DNA of 64,000 nucleotides from Squalus acanthias (Eukaryota). A program made the position numbers and the translations under genes. Numbering within the stretch: the first letter of the stretch is position 1; each line of letters begins with the position of its first letter. The stretch lies in NCBI GenBank assembly GCA_030390025.1, contig CM059433.1, forward strand, positions 15,440,001 to 15,504,000, given 5' to 3'. Below are positions 10,945-22,400 of the stretch, in pieces. Under the pieces are notes generated by a model. The model did not search any database. It worked only from the letters and a program-made list of their open reading frames with translations, and was not told where the DNA came from.

Positions 10945-12756
10945 TCATTGGGTACTATTAGACGGTCCTGCGGCACCTACGGGGCCGGTTGCGACCGCCA
11001 CCTGTCCACGCGCGTTCAAAACCATCTTGCGCATGACTCCTAACACTGCTTCGAGGTCTTCGGGAGAGGTGGGTGCCTTTGCTTCCTTAGGCGGGACAGG
11101 CGTCTGGGCTCGGACCGCGGGATTTTTATCCTTGGAATCCTTCCAAGGGTTCCTGCAGTGTTTGCGCCAGTGCCCTGTCTTCCCACACCCGTAACAGGCA
11201 TTACTTGCCTGTGGGGCGCGATTACCCTCCTGATGCCACTCTCTTTGAGTCGGGGCTGCGGGTCGTACCTCATGTACTCTTCCCTTAAAGGGACGTGTCG
11301 TCATACCCCTTATGTTACGGTAACCCAACGTAAGTCGATTCAAGACCGACTCTTCCGTAAGGTTGAGGTCATTGGGATCGAACCAGGCTTTTGCCTGCTC
11401 TCTAACGGCTGGTAAACTGTTGGCTATTATGCACCTAAGCCAATGAATTAAAGCGGCGCCTTCCACATCTTCGCGTTCGGGCGCACCTAGACAGCTGCGC
11501 TCATATACTGGCCACAGCCTGTCGGCAAAAACCTTCGGGGGTTCTCCCTCCATCTGCACTGTCTGTCCCACTCTAGCAAACGGACCTCCGTCGTTCGCTC
11601 CCACTACTTCTAGGACCTCATTTTTCAATTCCTCATAACTTTTATTACCCCTCTTGCTATCGCCTGAGAGACACTGAAGGACCGAGCTATCTAACGAGAA
11701 CAGCAGCATTTTTGCTGTCTCCCCATCATCGCAGCCGTTGATGGCTGCGGCTTGCTCAACTTCCCTAAAATGTACGGAAGGATCGTCTATCTCGGTCAGC
11801 TTCCTTACGTGGTTTATCATGGCCCTCAGCTGATGTGAACTGTGAGGCAACACCAGCTGTCCGAGGAGATCCCCCGGTTCTTCCCCACCGTTTCTGCTTG
11901 GGCCCCTTTTAATACCCGTTACTGGATACAACGATCCCTTTTCTACCTCCTTTTCAACGGGCTCTTTTGCTTCTTCCGTTGCTTCCTCCCTAACCCAGGT
12001 TTCTGAATAGCTGGGTGGCGCGGAGGGCGCAGTGGCTACTACTTCTTCTGCTTTACTTGGTGGGGAATTTCTAAAACTCTCATTTACTAGCGGCTGGCGT
12101 GCCGACGGATTAATAAGGCACACCATGCCGTTCGCATTATTCACGGCCTTTTTGAGGCTCTCTATCTCTTTTTCGCAGGCGCTATGGTCGGCTCCCTGAA
12201 ACTTATCCTCAAGGGCCAACTTATACGCCGACCTAACCCCCATTAAGCTCTCTTCTTGAGTTCTTATCTGGGCAGCTTGACGGTTACATCTTTCCTTCAT
12301 CCTACTCTCGTTTAATTTTGCTTCAGTGATCTGGCACTCGAGATACTCTACCCTTGTTTTAAGGTAACTGGAGACTTCCTGGCTTTCCTGGCGTAACTCA
12401 TGTAAACTCTTAATGAGCGCCTCCCCTCCAGAAACCTTCTCCTCCATTTCCTCCTCTAACTGCTTGATTCGAGCGGTTAGCGCTGTATTGGTCTGGTTTG
12501 AAATCTGAACCTGCCTTTTGTAGCACATAAGCCAGACTGCTTTCTCAACTGCCTTTTTATGCTCCTTACTATCAGTCCACCTTTCAGCTGCCTCTAGTGG
12601 GCTCTTATCCGCTAACAATTCGCTTATCCACTTTTTCGTTAGATTAACCTTTCCAAATACGTAATCCGCTATCTTTTCCTGCATCACATTTCGTACAGTC
12701 ATTCCAAAATCTAACACACTACCCTCTCGCTGCCAGTGTCCTGCCGCGGTCGCCAT
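10945..12756 (-). CDS. gag: Gag polyprotein (coiled coil, PSAPPSY late domain, capsid-like region, CCHC zinc knuckle)
   Basis: 603-aa intact ORF right after the 5' LTR; CYGCGKTGHWRKHC knuckle (about 11155-11196); MHR-like QMEGEPPKVFADRL; PSAPPSY at 12007-12027. Confidence 0.9.
   Translation of the reverse strand: MATAAGHWQREGSVLDFGMTVRNVMQEKIADYVFGKVNLTKKWISELLADKSPLEAAERWTDSKEHKKAVEKAVWLMCYKRQVQISNQTNTALTARIKQLEEEMEEKVSGGEALIKSLHELRQESQEVSSYLKTRVEYLECQITEAKLNESRMKERCNRQAAQIRTQEESLMGVRSAYKLALEDKFQGADHSACEKEIESLKKAVNNANGMVCLINPSARQPLVNESFRNSPPSKAEEVVATAPSAPPSYSETWVREEATEEAKEPVEKEVEKGSLYPVTGIKRGPSRNGGEEPGDLLGQLVLPHSSHQLRAMINHVRKLTEIDDPSVHFREVEQAAAINGCDDGETAKMLLFSLDSSVLQCLSGDSKRGNKSYEELKNEVLEVVGANDGGPFARVGQTVQMEGEPPKVFADRLWPVYERSCLGAPEREDVEGAALIHWLRCIIANSLPAVREQAKAWFDPNDLNLTEESVLNRLTLGYRNIRGMTTRPFKGRVHEVRPAAPTQREWHQEGNRAPQASNACYGCGKTGHWRKHCRNPWKDSKDKNPAVRAQTPVPPKEAKAPTSPEDLEAVLGVMRKMVLNARGQVAVATGPVGAAGPSNSTQ
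12738..12755 (-). promoter_or_regulatory. Primer binding site, tRNA-Ser-like (TGGCGACCGCGGCAGGAC)
   Basis: Starts with TGG 5 nt after the 5' LTR end; the TGGCG...GGCAGGA pattern resembles the complement of vertebrate tRNA-Ser 3' ends (recalled, not aligned). Confidence 0.7.
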
Positions 12757-12760
12757 TTTC

Positions 12761-14356
12761 TGTAAGGGATTCTCTCCTGACCTTGCGTGTCTCGTAGCCT
12801 GTGAGATTCACGCGGCTCTGTGCAGCCTGTATGTCAGTGCGGGTCTAGGCCTGGTCTCCAGCCAGTCTGGGAACACTAGACACCCCTGTGAGTGGTTCGA
12901 ATCACTCTCCCTTACGGTTCTAGACACTGGACTTAGATGCGAGAGCAGTAATGGAGATAAAACTCATGTAGACTTGGTTTGAACGGTACGAATGGAAAAT
13001 CTTTATTGCATGATACTTAAAATTATGAAATACATGTCATATGCACAGATTAATGACAGTACAATCTTACAAACAGTTATAATCACTCTTAGGGAAACGA
13101 GGAACGAACGGCACAACGTAAATAGGGCACACATTACAAATATCCTTAATCTTTAACCCTCCCCTATCAATAGCTATCCTAAACTAGCTGCGTAGGATCC
13201 CGAGACTCATGCTCACCACTCGTAATAACTCGGAGAAATCCCGAATAGCTGATCGGATGTTTTTCACCGCAGCACCCACGTGTTGGTCAGGAGATCTCCT
13301 GGTCCCACTTGTTTACTGCTTTTGCTGCTCGGTCAGTCGGCTGGACCGTCCGCTGTAGTGAAGACCTCTGTTGGTTGGATACAAGGTATGGTGGAGCACC
13401 GTTGTCAATATCGCTGATACGATGTGTTTGCACAGTCCAGTTATCATCGATGCAATATGTCTTGTTAAAGAAGAAAACTTCCTGTCGAGAAGACTTGGCT
13501 GATCGACCTACAGGCGCGGTCGGGATCTACTGACCGTGGCGATGGATAAGGTCTTCTTCTCTTCTCCTCTCATCTCATCTCATCTCATCTCATCCCGGGC
13601 CTTCGGTTCCGCTGCCAGCTACCAACATAGGTCTTTGCAACAGTCTTTTACACAGGAGCAGCCACGATGATAACAGCAACAAGCGGCAAGAGTCAAGAAC
13701 ACGAGGCAAGAGCAAGAGCAAGAGGCCAGAGAGCGAATGGACGGTTTGGGGCCTGCAATTATAGTGCACAGTTCTTCCGTTTCCCGCCCAACTACAATGT
13801 CCATTCTTTTGTTTACGGTTTGGCGCCCAAAATGTCCTGTATGGGTGATCTCCGTCCTTAATGGGTTTCGGGGCTACTCATGAATGTTTGAGTACCTGCT
13901 AATATTTCTCCCATTGTTAAATCGGTCGGTGTTCCCCCTGGAGGGGTTTGGGGCTTCCAAGTGTCCTGTATAACTACCTGCTAACGGCTCTCTCATCGTA
14001 GAGCCGTTGGGAGTTTACATATTAATGTCCTTTGGATGGGCCCTTGATGGCTTTCCTTTGTACCTGGGAGACCGATCCCAGTATCGATGTTTATACTGTA
14101 AACCCATAATGTCCTGTGTATTGTCTTCACTGTGCTGAATCGTTATCGATCCTGCAAAAAAATGTTTATTGGAACGCCATCTTGTCTGCCTGTTGAAAAG
14201 TCTAGAATGTTCTGTCACGAGGTGCGGCGGCCATTTTACAGGCTGCTTGTGTCCAATTTAAACCTGACAGCATTCCGCTGAAATAAAAGCTGTTTTGAAC
14301 GAAACTTTGTGTTTTCTCCTTATTAAAATGAAATCGCGATAATTGCGAATTCTACA
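12761..14356 (-). repeat. 5' LTR (1596 bp)
   Basis: Matches 5118-6713; the four small ORFs inside both copies translate identically; followed on the minus strand by the PBS. Confidence 0.95.
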
Positions 14357-16379
14357 GGCTCCTTCCCTCCCTTAAAGGTAACGGCCATCGCTGCAGGCTC
14401 GGCAAGGAAAAAACTTACCTGGTCCTCGACGGCAGCCGCGATCTGGCCCGATCAGCCCGATGCACTGCAGCAGAGTGCCGGGCTGATCCATCGCTGGGGA
14501 AAAAAGGAAAAAAAACAGAAAACGAGCATTTGATTAACGGCCACCTCTCCTTTAAGTATCGCCCCCCGAAGCGCCCGGCCTCCCGATGAACGCCTCCTGC
14601 AGCTGCCGGTGTTTTCGCCCGGCGATGCTGCAGGGGGTGGAACCGAATTTCGGGTCCAGGACGCAACCGGGGCGATGTGCATGACGATGATGTCACAATC
14701 TCCAGGCGAAGGACATCGGGGCACAACACCATATCGCCGCCGCAAACCTCCCGCCGAATTTAGCGGGAGGCGATATTCTCGCTGCGCCCGGGCTGTAAGT
14801 GGTTACCGCCCCATTATCGCCCCCCCGGAGGCAATAACAGGAGGCGCAAAGGTACTCAATTTCTCCCCCGATATCTTCCATACAATACTGAACCAGTCTA
14901 TTCTCGAAAGTGAGCAAAGATTGATTTCAGAATTTGGGAACATGCAAGGAGAGACCCAATCACAGCAACATTCCAGTAGGAGCAGCAGAAAGAGTTACCA
15001 ACAAATTGATGCTTACAGTGGAAGGGAAAGGGCAAACCAGAGTCACACGGGAGTGACCGCTGTGGCACATCGAAAGGCCCAGAGGGGCAACCTGCAAAGA
15101 CATCTTCTGGGAAGAGGAGCTTGAAGCTACATCAAAAGGATGGGACAGAAAACCCGGAGCTAGCCAGGAGTAAAATGCCCAAGCCTGCAGCGATGGCCAT
15201 TACCTTTAAGGGAGGAAAGGAGTATTGCAACGCAGCGGCGCTGCACGGCCCATTCTGTCAGGTAAGTGTCTTGAAGACTCCAAGTGCCTGCACACACCAT
15301 ATGAGTGACTGTGATAGTCAAGCACTGTTAATGGCAAATCCTGCTTCCATTTCTATGTAATTTCACCTTGTGTTGTACATCATTTTAATATCAGAATCAT
15401 TATTTATTGCAGCTGAATATATCAACTTAGTGAACTTGCCGTTTTAAATACGTTAAATAAAGAGACCATCCCAACCTCAGAATATTTGGTTATTTATTTA
15501 TTTAATGCACATGCAATGATCATGGATTGCTGTCTCAAATTATATTACTGATGGCCCAAGAATATTGCATTATGATGTCGCTGCATAAAGCGCAGTCCAT
15601 CTCCACGATTTTCAGGAATTTATTTTATGTTGCTTTAAGGAGATAATCTTACACGAGTTCAAAAATTGTGGGCAGGACATGCTCAAATTTCTGATTGGTG
15701 TTGCAGGTCAGCAAGGCTCCCCAAGCGGGCAGCACTGACTCGTCAAACTATCCCTTTAATGCCGAGCTCAGTTCCCAAAATACTACATGAAAAATCCAGT
15801 CTGTTTCTAAATGGTACTAGGGACCATCTGTGGCTCATTATATAAAATCAGCCCCAGAGACTTCGAGCAAAACAGCTGTAATGGCACAGCTGTATCCAAA
15901 GTGATTGCAGACAGCTGCTGGTACATTGTGACGAAGTAAGCAGAAAGATAAGATTAGACATGGAGATGTCCATCTCAAAACATTTCATTATGATTCCTGC
16001 ATTGAAAATTCGCTTTCTGAATCGGTACCAGCCAGTGTTTCAAACTAATCAACGGCGAGAATCAGCCATTACTAATTTAAAATCTCAATTGGCATGGAGG
16101 ATTTCTTAAGGCTTTTGTCCATGCTATTCAACTTGGCTGATGTCGCATTTCCACTTCCTCTTTCGCAAAATAAGAAAGAATAGAACAAGAAAAAAAAATT
16201 CAGTCCCACGCAGACTATTTACAATCCACTCTATCACAGAGCACACCCAATCATTCTTTCCGCAGGCCCAGCGACACTCCACTTTATCACAGAGAACAGC
16301 CAACCCATCCCTTTCGCACAGCAGTCGTGCTCTCCTCTATCACAGCGTCTGCCCAAACCCATTCACAAAATCACAAGAT

Positions 16380-17460
16380 AATTACGGATGAGGAAGACCA
16401 GTCAGCCCAGATTACTTCATCCACCCAGAAGTAACCTACATTACGCCCATTCCAGTATCCAATTGTTTCTTAAAAAATTACCAGGGTTTTCACCACCACC
16501 GCTCTACTGGAAGTCCATTCCAAATGTCGATCGCTCTCTGCATAAAGAACTTCCTGATATCAATCCTAAAGTTACCTTTTACTAGTTTGAACTTATGTCC
16601 CCTTGCCCTGCTCCCACAATTTAAATTAAAGTAATATTCCGAATTTAACCTTTACATACTATTTACTATCACTAACTATAAGATCACCTCTCAGATGTCT
16701 CCACTCCAGAATGAAAAGCCCGCATCTCTTCAATCTCAACACTCGTGAAATGGCTCCTCTCTACACTGCTTCCAGTACTTGAATGTTTCCCTTGTGTCTC
16801 AGCGACCAAACCTGGATGCAGTACTGAAGATGTGGTCTGACTAGAGCACGGTACAGTTTGATCATGACTTCCTCTATATTCAACTGCTTCCATTTCATTC
16901 ATCGCTATTTCAACATCATACACGGAGTACATGTGTTGCTTATTTTTCCATCCGATGTGCTGTACTTTGCACTCATCTACATTAAATTTGTCTGCCATTA
17001 ATCTGCTCACGCACTTCTTTTGTTTAGTTTCTGAGCTGATTCCACTGCCTTTCTCAGCTTGGTATCATCGGCAAATCTGACTCCTTTCCATTGAATTTTT
17101 GACTCTAGATCATTTATATAAATTAAAAAACAGTAGTGGGTCCCAAAATCCAGCCCTGGGGCACCCCACCCAGTCATTCCTCCAGCCAAAATATCTCCTC
17201 AAACAAATACTCATGGCTCTCTACCCTGCAGTACGTTTCGTATCAATTTCCAGCATTTACCCTGAATTCCCAGAGCGTTGAGTTTGACTAATAACCTTTC
17301 ATGTGGGACTTTGTCAAGTGTTTTTTGGAAGTCTAGGTCCAATATGTTGTAGGACACTCCATAGTCCACTTGGGATGTTACTTCCTCAAAGAATTGGAGG
17401 AAGTTGGTCGGTCATAATCTTCACCTGCTGAATCTGTGTTGGCTACTGTTTACTGGGTTA
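16380..17460 (-). mobile_element. CR1 LINE RT/3' fragment
   Basis: RFADDTKL, KFNVDECKV fragments. Confidence 0.7.
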
Positions 17461-17889
17461 TTATTATTCCTTCTACAGACCATTTGCACTGTCCTATAGC
17501 AGAGTCTACCCAACTGATACCTTTCACAGGCCATTCGCAATCTCCTCTATTACAGAATGTATCCAACCTGCTTCCAGGGGAAATTCTGCAGCATTACCCT
17601 TGCCCTTCCTCAAAAGGTAAATCAAAGAAAACTAATGAACTTCACTTCCTAAATTATTCACCCTTGATCAGTTGGAAGTCACTGGGGGCTTTACGACCTT
17701 TAGCGCCTGTACAGCAGCCATAATACTAAAGAAGTATTCTTCTAGGAGAAGAAGTTTTAAAACTCTCCCATCATCTCAGCTTTACATATTGGAAATCCAA
17801 GGAACTATTAGCAATAGTTACTCTATGCTTACTTTGTTCTTTAAATGATTGAATAATAAAGGGAAGTTTGATCAGTACATACTTACCTC

Positions 17890-19430
17890 AAGGAAGATGG
17901 CAAGTTATGAGGAAAGATTGGATAGGCCGGGGTTGTTTTCTTTGGAACAGAGGAGGCTGAGGGGAGACTTGATCGAGGTGTATAAAATTATGAGGTGGCC
18001 TAGATAGAGTGGATAGGGAGGACCTATTTCCCCTAGCAGATAGGTCAATTATCAGGGGGCATAGATTTAAAGTAATTGGTAGAAGGATTAGAGGGGAGTT
18101 GAGGAGAAATGTGGGTGGTGGGGGTCTGGAACTCACTGCCTGAAAGGGTGGTAGAGGCAGAAACCCTCATCACATTTAAAAAGTACTTGGATACGCACTT
18201 GAAGTGCCGTAACCTACAAGGCTACAGACGAAGAGCTGGAAAGTGGGATTAGGCTCTTTTTTGGCTGACACAGACACGATGGGCCAAATGGCCTCCTTCT
18301 GTGCCGTAAATTTCTATGATTCTAAGTTAAAGGAATGGTGGGGCCAGTTAGGGACAAAGAAGGAAATCTTCTTGTGGAGACAGAGGGCATGACTGAGGTA
18401 CTGAATGAGTACTTTGCATCTGTCTTCATAAAAGAAGAAGATGAAATTAATGTCGCAGTAGAGGTACTATTTTGAGAGGGGTGCAAGAGCAGAGAGACCT
18501 GGGGGTGCATATTCACAAATTTCTGAAGATGGCAGGGCAAGTTGAAAAGGCGGTTAAGAAAGCGTATGGGATACTTGTATTCGTAAATCGGGGCATTGAA
18601 TACAAAAACAAGAAAGTTATACTAAACCTTTACAAGTCTCTGGTTTGGCCTCAGCTGGGCACCACACTTTAGGAAGGATGTTAAGGCCTTGGAGAAGATA
18701 CAGAACAGGTTTACAAGGATACAATAGCAAAATACTGCGGATAGGATGCTGGAAATCTGAAATAACAACAGAAAACGCTGGAAACACTCAGCAGATCAGG
18801 CAGCATCCGTGGAGAGAGAAACAGAGTTAACGTTTCAGGTCTGGGACCCTTCATCAGAGCTTTACAAGGATGATACCAAGGATGAGGATCTCACGTGGGT
18901 GGTCAGGATTGGAGAAGCTGGGATTGTTCTCCTTAGAGCAGAGAAGGTTAAGGTCAGAGGTATTCAAAATTATGAGGGGTCTGAATATGGTAAGTAGGGA
19001 GAAACTATTTCCTCTGGCAAGTAATTGGTATGATGCGGAGATGCCGGTGTTGGACTGGGGTGGACAAAATTGAGAGGTCGCACAACACCAGGTTATAGTC
19101 CAACAGTTTTATTTGAAATCAATGAAGTAATTGGTAACCAGAGGTCATAGATTTAAAATAATTGGCAAAAGAATTATGGGGGTAACGAGGAGAATTTTTT
19201 TCACATAGAGGGTTGTTAAGATCTGGAACACACTACCTGAAAGGGTGGTAGAAGCAGATTCTGTAGGAACTTTCAAAAGGCAATTGGACGTGTATTTGAA
19301 GAGGACTAATTTGCAGGGTCATGGGGAAAAATCTGGGATGTGGGACTAAATTGGACAGCTCTTTCAAAGAGCCGGCACAGGCACGATGGCCGAATGGCCT
19401 CCTTCTATGCTGTAAGATTCTATGATTCTA
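17890..19430 (+). mobile_element. Cluster of CR1 3' fragments with small Penelope-like inserts
   Basis: EQRDLGVHIH, LGLFSLEQRRLR; (ATTCTATG)n-type tails at about 18310 and 19416. Confidence 0.75.
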
Positions 19431-22400
19431 ACTGTACTTTGTCAAGCTTTAAATAATATTTAGTAAGTGCACTCATTTTTGGCAGACATTCCTAAGGGTT
19501 GAAAATTGGATGACATAACACTGTTATTTAAAATGGATCGAGAGACACCTGAAAACTATGGACCAATAAGTTTAAAATCAGATGCAAGTGACTTCACCTG
19601 ACGAAGGAGCAGCGCTCCGAAAGCTCGTAATTTCAAATAAAACTGTTGGACTATAACCTGGTGTTGTGCGACTTCTCATTTTTGTCTCATTATGTGTCAA
19701 CCTTGGCTCATTAGTAGCACTCTCACCTCTCAGGCAGAAGGTCATGGGTTCATGCCACACTTCCACTACTTGAGCATATAATCCAGGCCGACACTTCACT
19801 TTTGGATGAGATGTTAAATCAAGGCCCTGTCTGCTCTCAGATGAATGTAAAAAAAGCTTGAAGAAGAGCAGGAGAGTTCGCCCAGTGTACTCGCCCACAG
19901 GTTATCTGGCTGCTGCATTTGCTTACATCACAACAGTGGCTACGCTTCTGAAGTGCTTTGTTGGCTGTATATGACTCTGGGAACATTCTGAAGACATGGA
20001 AGTCGCTATATAAAAGCAATTTCTTTCTTATATACTTGGACACTTCATTTTATGGAAAAGGCATTGTCCAAGCTTGTGCTTGTGGTGTTCGAATGGAAAA
20101 AGGCTAATTTCAGGTCAGTGAGAGCCAATGTCATGTAGACCAGGTGTCAGCGTGACTGGCAGGAGGTTGCTGAAATGATAAATACTGTCTGCTCAAACCC
20201 CCAACCCATGAGGTCAGGAAAGATTTCAATGATTTGCACAAAATTCCGAAGGTACGTCAACACTATAAATGAAAGGTCAAAGAACAGATATGGATTCTGA
20301 CAACAACCATGACAAGTTGCTTGTAATGTAAGCGAGCTGTTGGGTTTTATGACATGAGCATAATATAGTGTGACAGCTGAAATTAACGTGAAATTAATGC
20401 GCAAATGGATGACAAATGGTACAGGGCCCCACATATCAGCTAAACTCAACCTTGTCGTTATTGTAAATTTATATTTGAAAAGAAAGCACAGACTTTCCAA
20501 TACAGGCAGTTGACTGTCTGGAAATGGAGAGAGGCATTATTTAGGGAAGAAATATGCATGTCCACTATGAGTTACGTCCTCAGTTCGAAATGGTATGAAA
20601 CATACCTATGTATGATTTAACGTTTTAGAGCATGAATGGTGAATGTAGTACTGTGATCCAAACATACAAACCATGCAGATAAAACAGCTACATCTGCGTA
20701 CCTCCCTTTATTAGCACTATTTGTTAAAAGTGAACAGTTTGCTTGCTCTAAGCCCAGCTACTATATAATGCCAGGGATGAAAGTGGCACAGAGAAAGTAG
20801 GTTCCAGGAGAACGTGCTATTCTAGATTCTTGCTTAGTTAAGGGTGTTGGCGACAAGTCCTTCAAGGAGTAAGTCCCCAAGGTAACCCCGTAAAAGTATG
20901 TGCCGTGTGCTGAACACAGTCACGTCTGCGGCAAGTACCACAGCATCCAGGCAATAAGGAAATACATTTATGCAGCATGTACTACCACAATGGTAGAATA
21001 ATGTTAATGTGGTCTATATTGTCCCAGGTGCTCACTCAAGGTAAATGGTCCAGAAGTCTGGCTGATGGTCACTATATAAGTTAGGAAACAACAGTATGAA
21101 CAACTCGATGAAGGTACAGCACCACTGGTGAGAAGGTGTTATCTTCAGAGGGTCTTGGAGGTGCTGGGCAAAGACCAAGCTGCTCCGAATCCAGCCATGT
21201 CTGTGAAAATAGGCCTCTTTGAGCAGAGTATGCTGCACCACATATGTGGTGTATCTGCTTCATTTGAATCCATTGGGAAGCACTTTGTGGCTAGCTCTGG
21301 ATGCTCTGAAAGAATCTGCATCCCAGATCTAAAGTGGCCTGAATGAAATGGGTAAGGTAATGAAGGAATGGTCCTCCAGCCTGAAGTATGTACCAATTGC
21401 CTGCTCCTGCAGCACATACTGTAGCAGCCTCAGTCAATAATGAGACCGTAAGCACAATGCGTATATCTTACATGGATCCTCCTATTACTGTTATGGGAAA
21501 CTTGGGTGACAAAATGCAGGCCATTGTGAACCCTAGCTTCAACTCATTAGGACCAAAACTAAAGATCACCCTACAGGAGATGTTAGCGAAGCTCAGGCAA
21601 GTGCACCATTTTGTGCTCCAACAGACCAGTTTATCTCATTAAGTCAAGCCATGCTGTGGTATGAAGTGAGACATTGTGCAAACTTTGCCAAGTGGCTCTC
21701 ATGTTGGGCCCGTCCTATTTGAACACCAAATCCACCGTAAGTGTCAGTAGAACATGCCTTTGACCTTTTGGATGTAGGGCCAATAATACCACAGGAAGCT
21801 CCAGGTTCATCAAGATTGTTTGCAAATACATGGCATGATAACTTGGAAGTGACAAGTGAGCTATGGCCAAAAGTACTCTCAAGTGGATGTAAAAGATCCC
21901 ATGACACTATTTCGAAGAAGAGCAGGGGAGTTCTCCTCGGTGATCTGGCCCTCAACGAACATCACTAAAACAGATTATCTGGTCATTATCACATTGTTGT
22001 TTGTGGGAGCTTGCTGTGCGCAAATTGGCTGCCGGGTTCCCTATAATACAAAAGTGACTACACTTCAACAGCACTTAATTGACTGTAAAGCGCTTTGGGA
22101 CGTCCTGAGGTCATGAATGGTGCTATATAAATGTAAGTCTTTCTTTACTAGCGTGCTAAAACTGATTATATAAAGTTAATTTGGAAAGCATGGTACAATT
22201 GGATTCTATGCTCCTTTTGAAACTTGTTTCTAGTGCAGCTATGAGGCAGTGCAAGTGATAATTAGGCTACTGTTCCATATGAGTTGATGATGTTTATACT
22301 TTGAGTAACTCTTCAGACAATTTTCAATAGAAAAAATACTTCCATTAATTAGAATGTAATTGATTATAATACATTTTGAAGAGAACAGTAAAAGTTGCAA

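Larger units (their letters stand above)
5118..14356 (-). mobile_element. Endogenous retrovirus-like LTR provirus (LTR-gag-ORF2-env-LTR), pol-less, lokiretrovirus-like env
   Basis: Direct repeats 5118-6713 and 12761-14356 (constant offset 7643) with TGTA...TACA termini. GGCT TSD at 5114-5117 and 14357-14360. PBS, PPT, gag with CCHC knuckle and env ORF all on the minus strand. Confidence 0.95.
4881..14869. mobile_element. Harbinger-type MITE (about 750 bp) split by the provirus insertion
   Basis: TIRs GGGGGAGAAATT (4881) and AATTTCTCCCCC (ends 14869); subterminal sequences resemble those of the Harbinger elements at 42132 and 44196; TSD not preserved. Confidence 0.75.

Noticed and set aside
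14609..15124. 171-aa ORF downstream of the provirus
   Set aside because: Crosses the MITE terminus, GTG start, no motifs; chance ORF in GC-rich sequence
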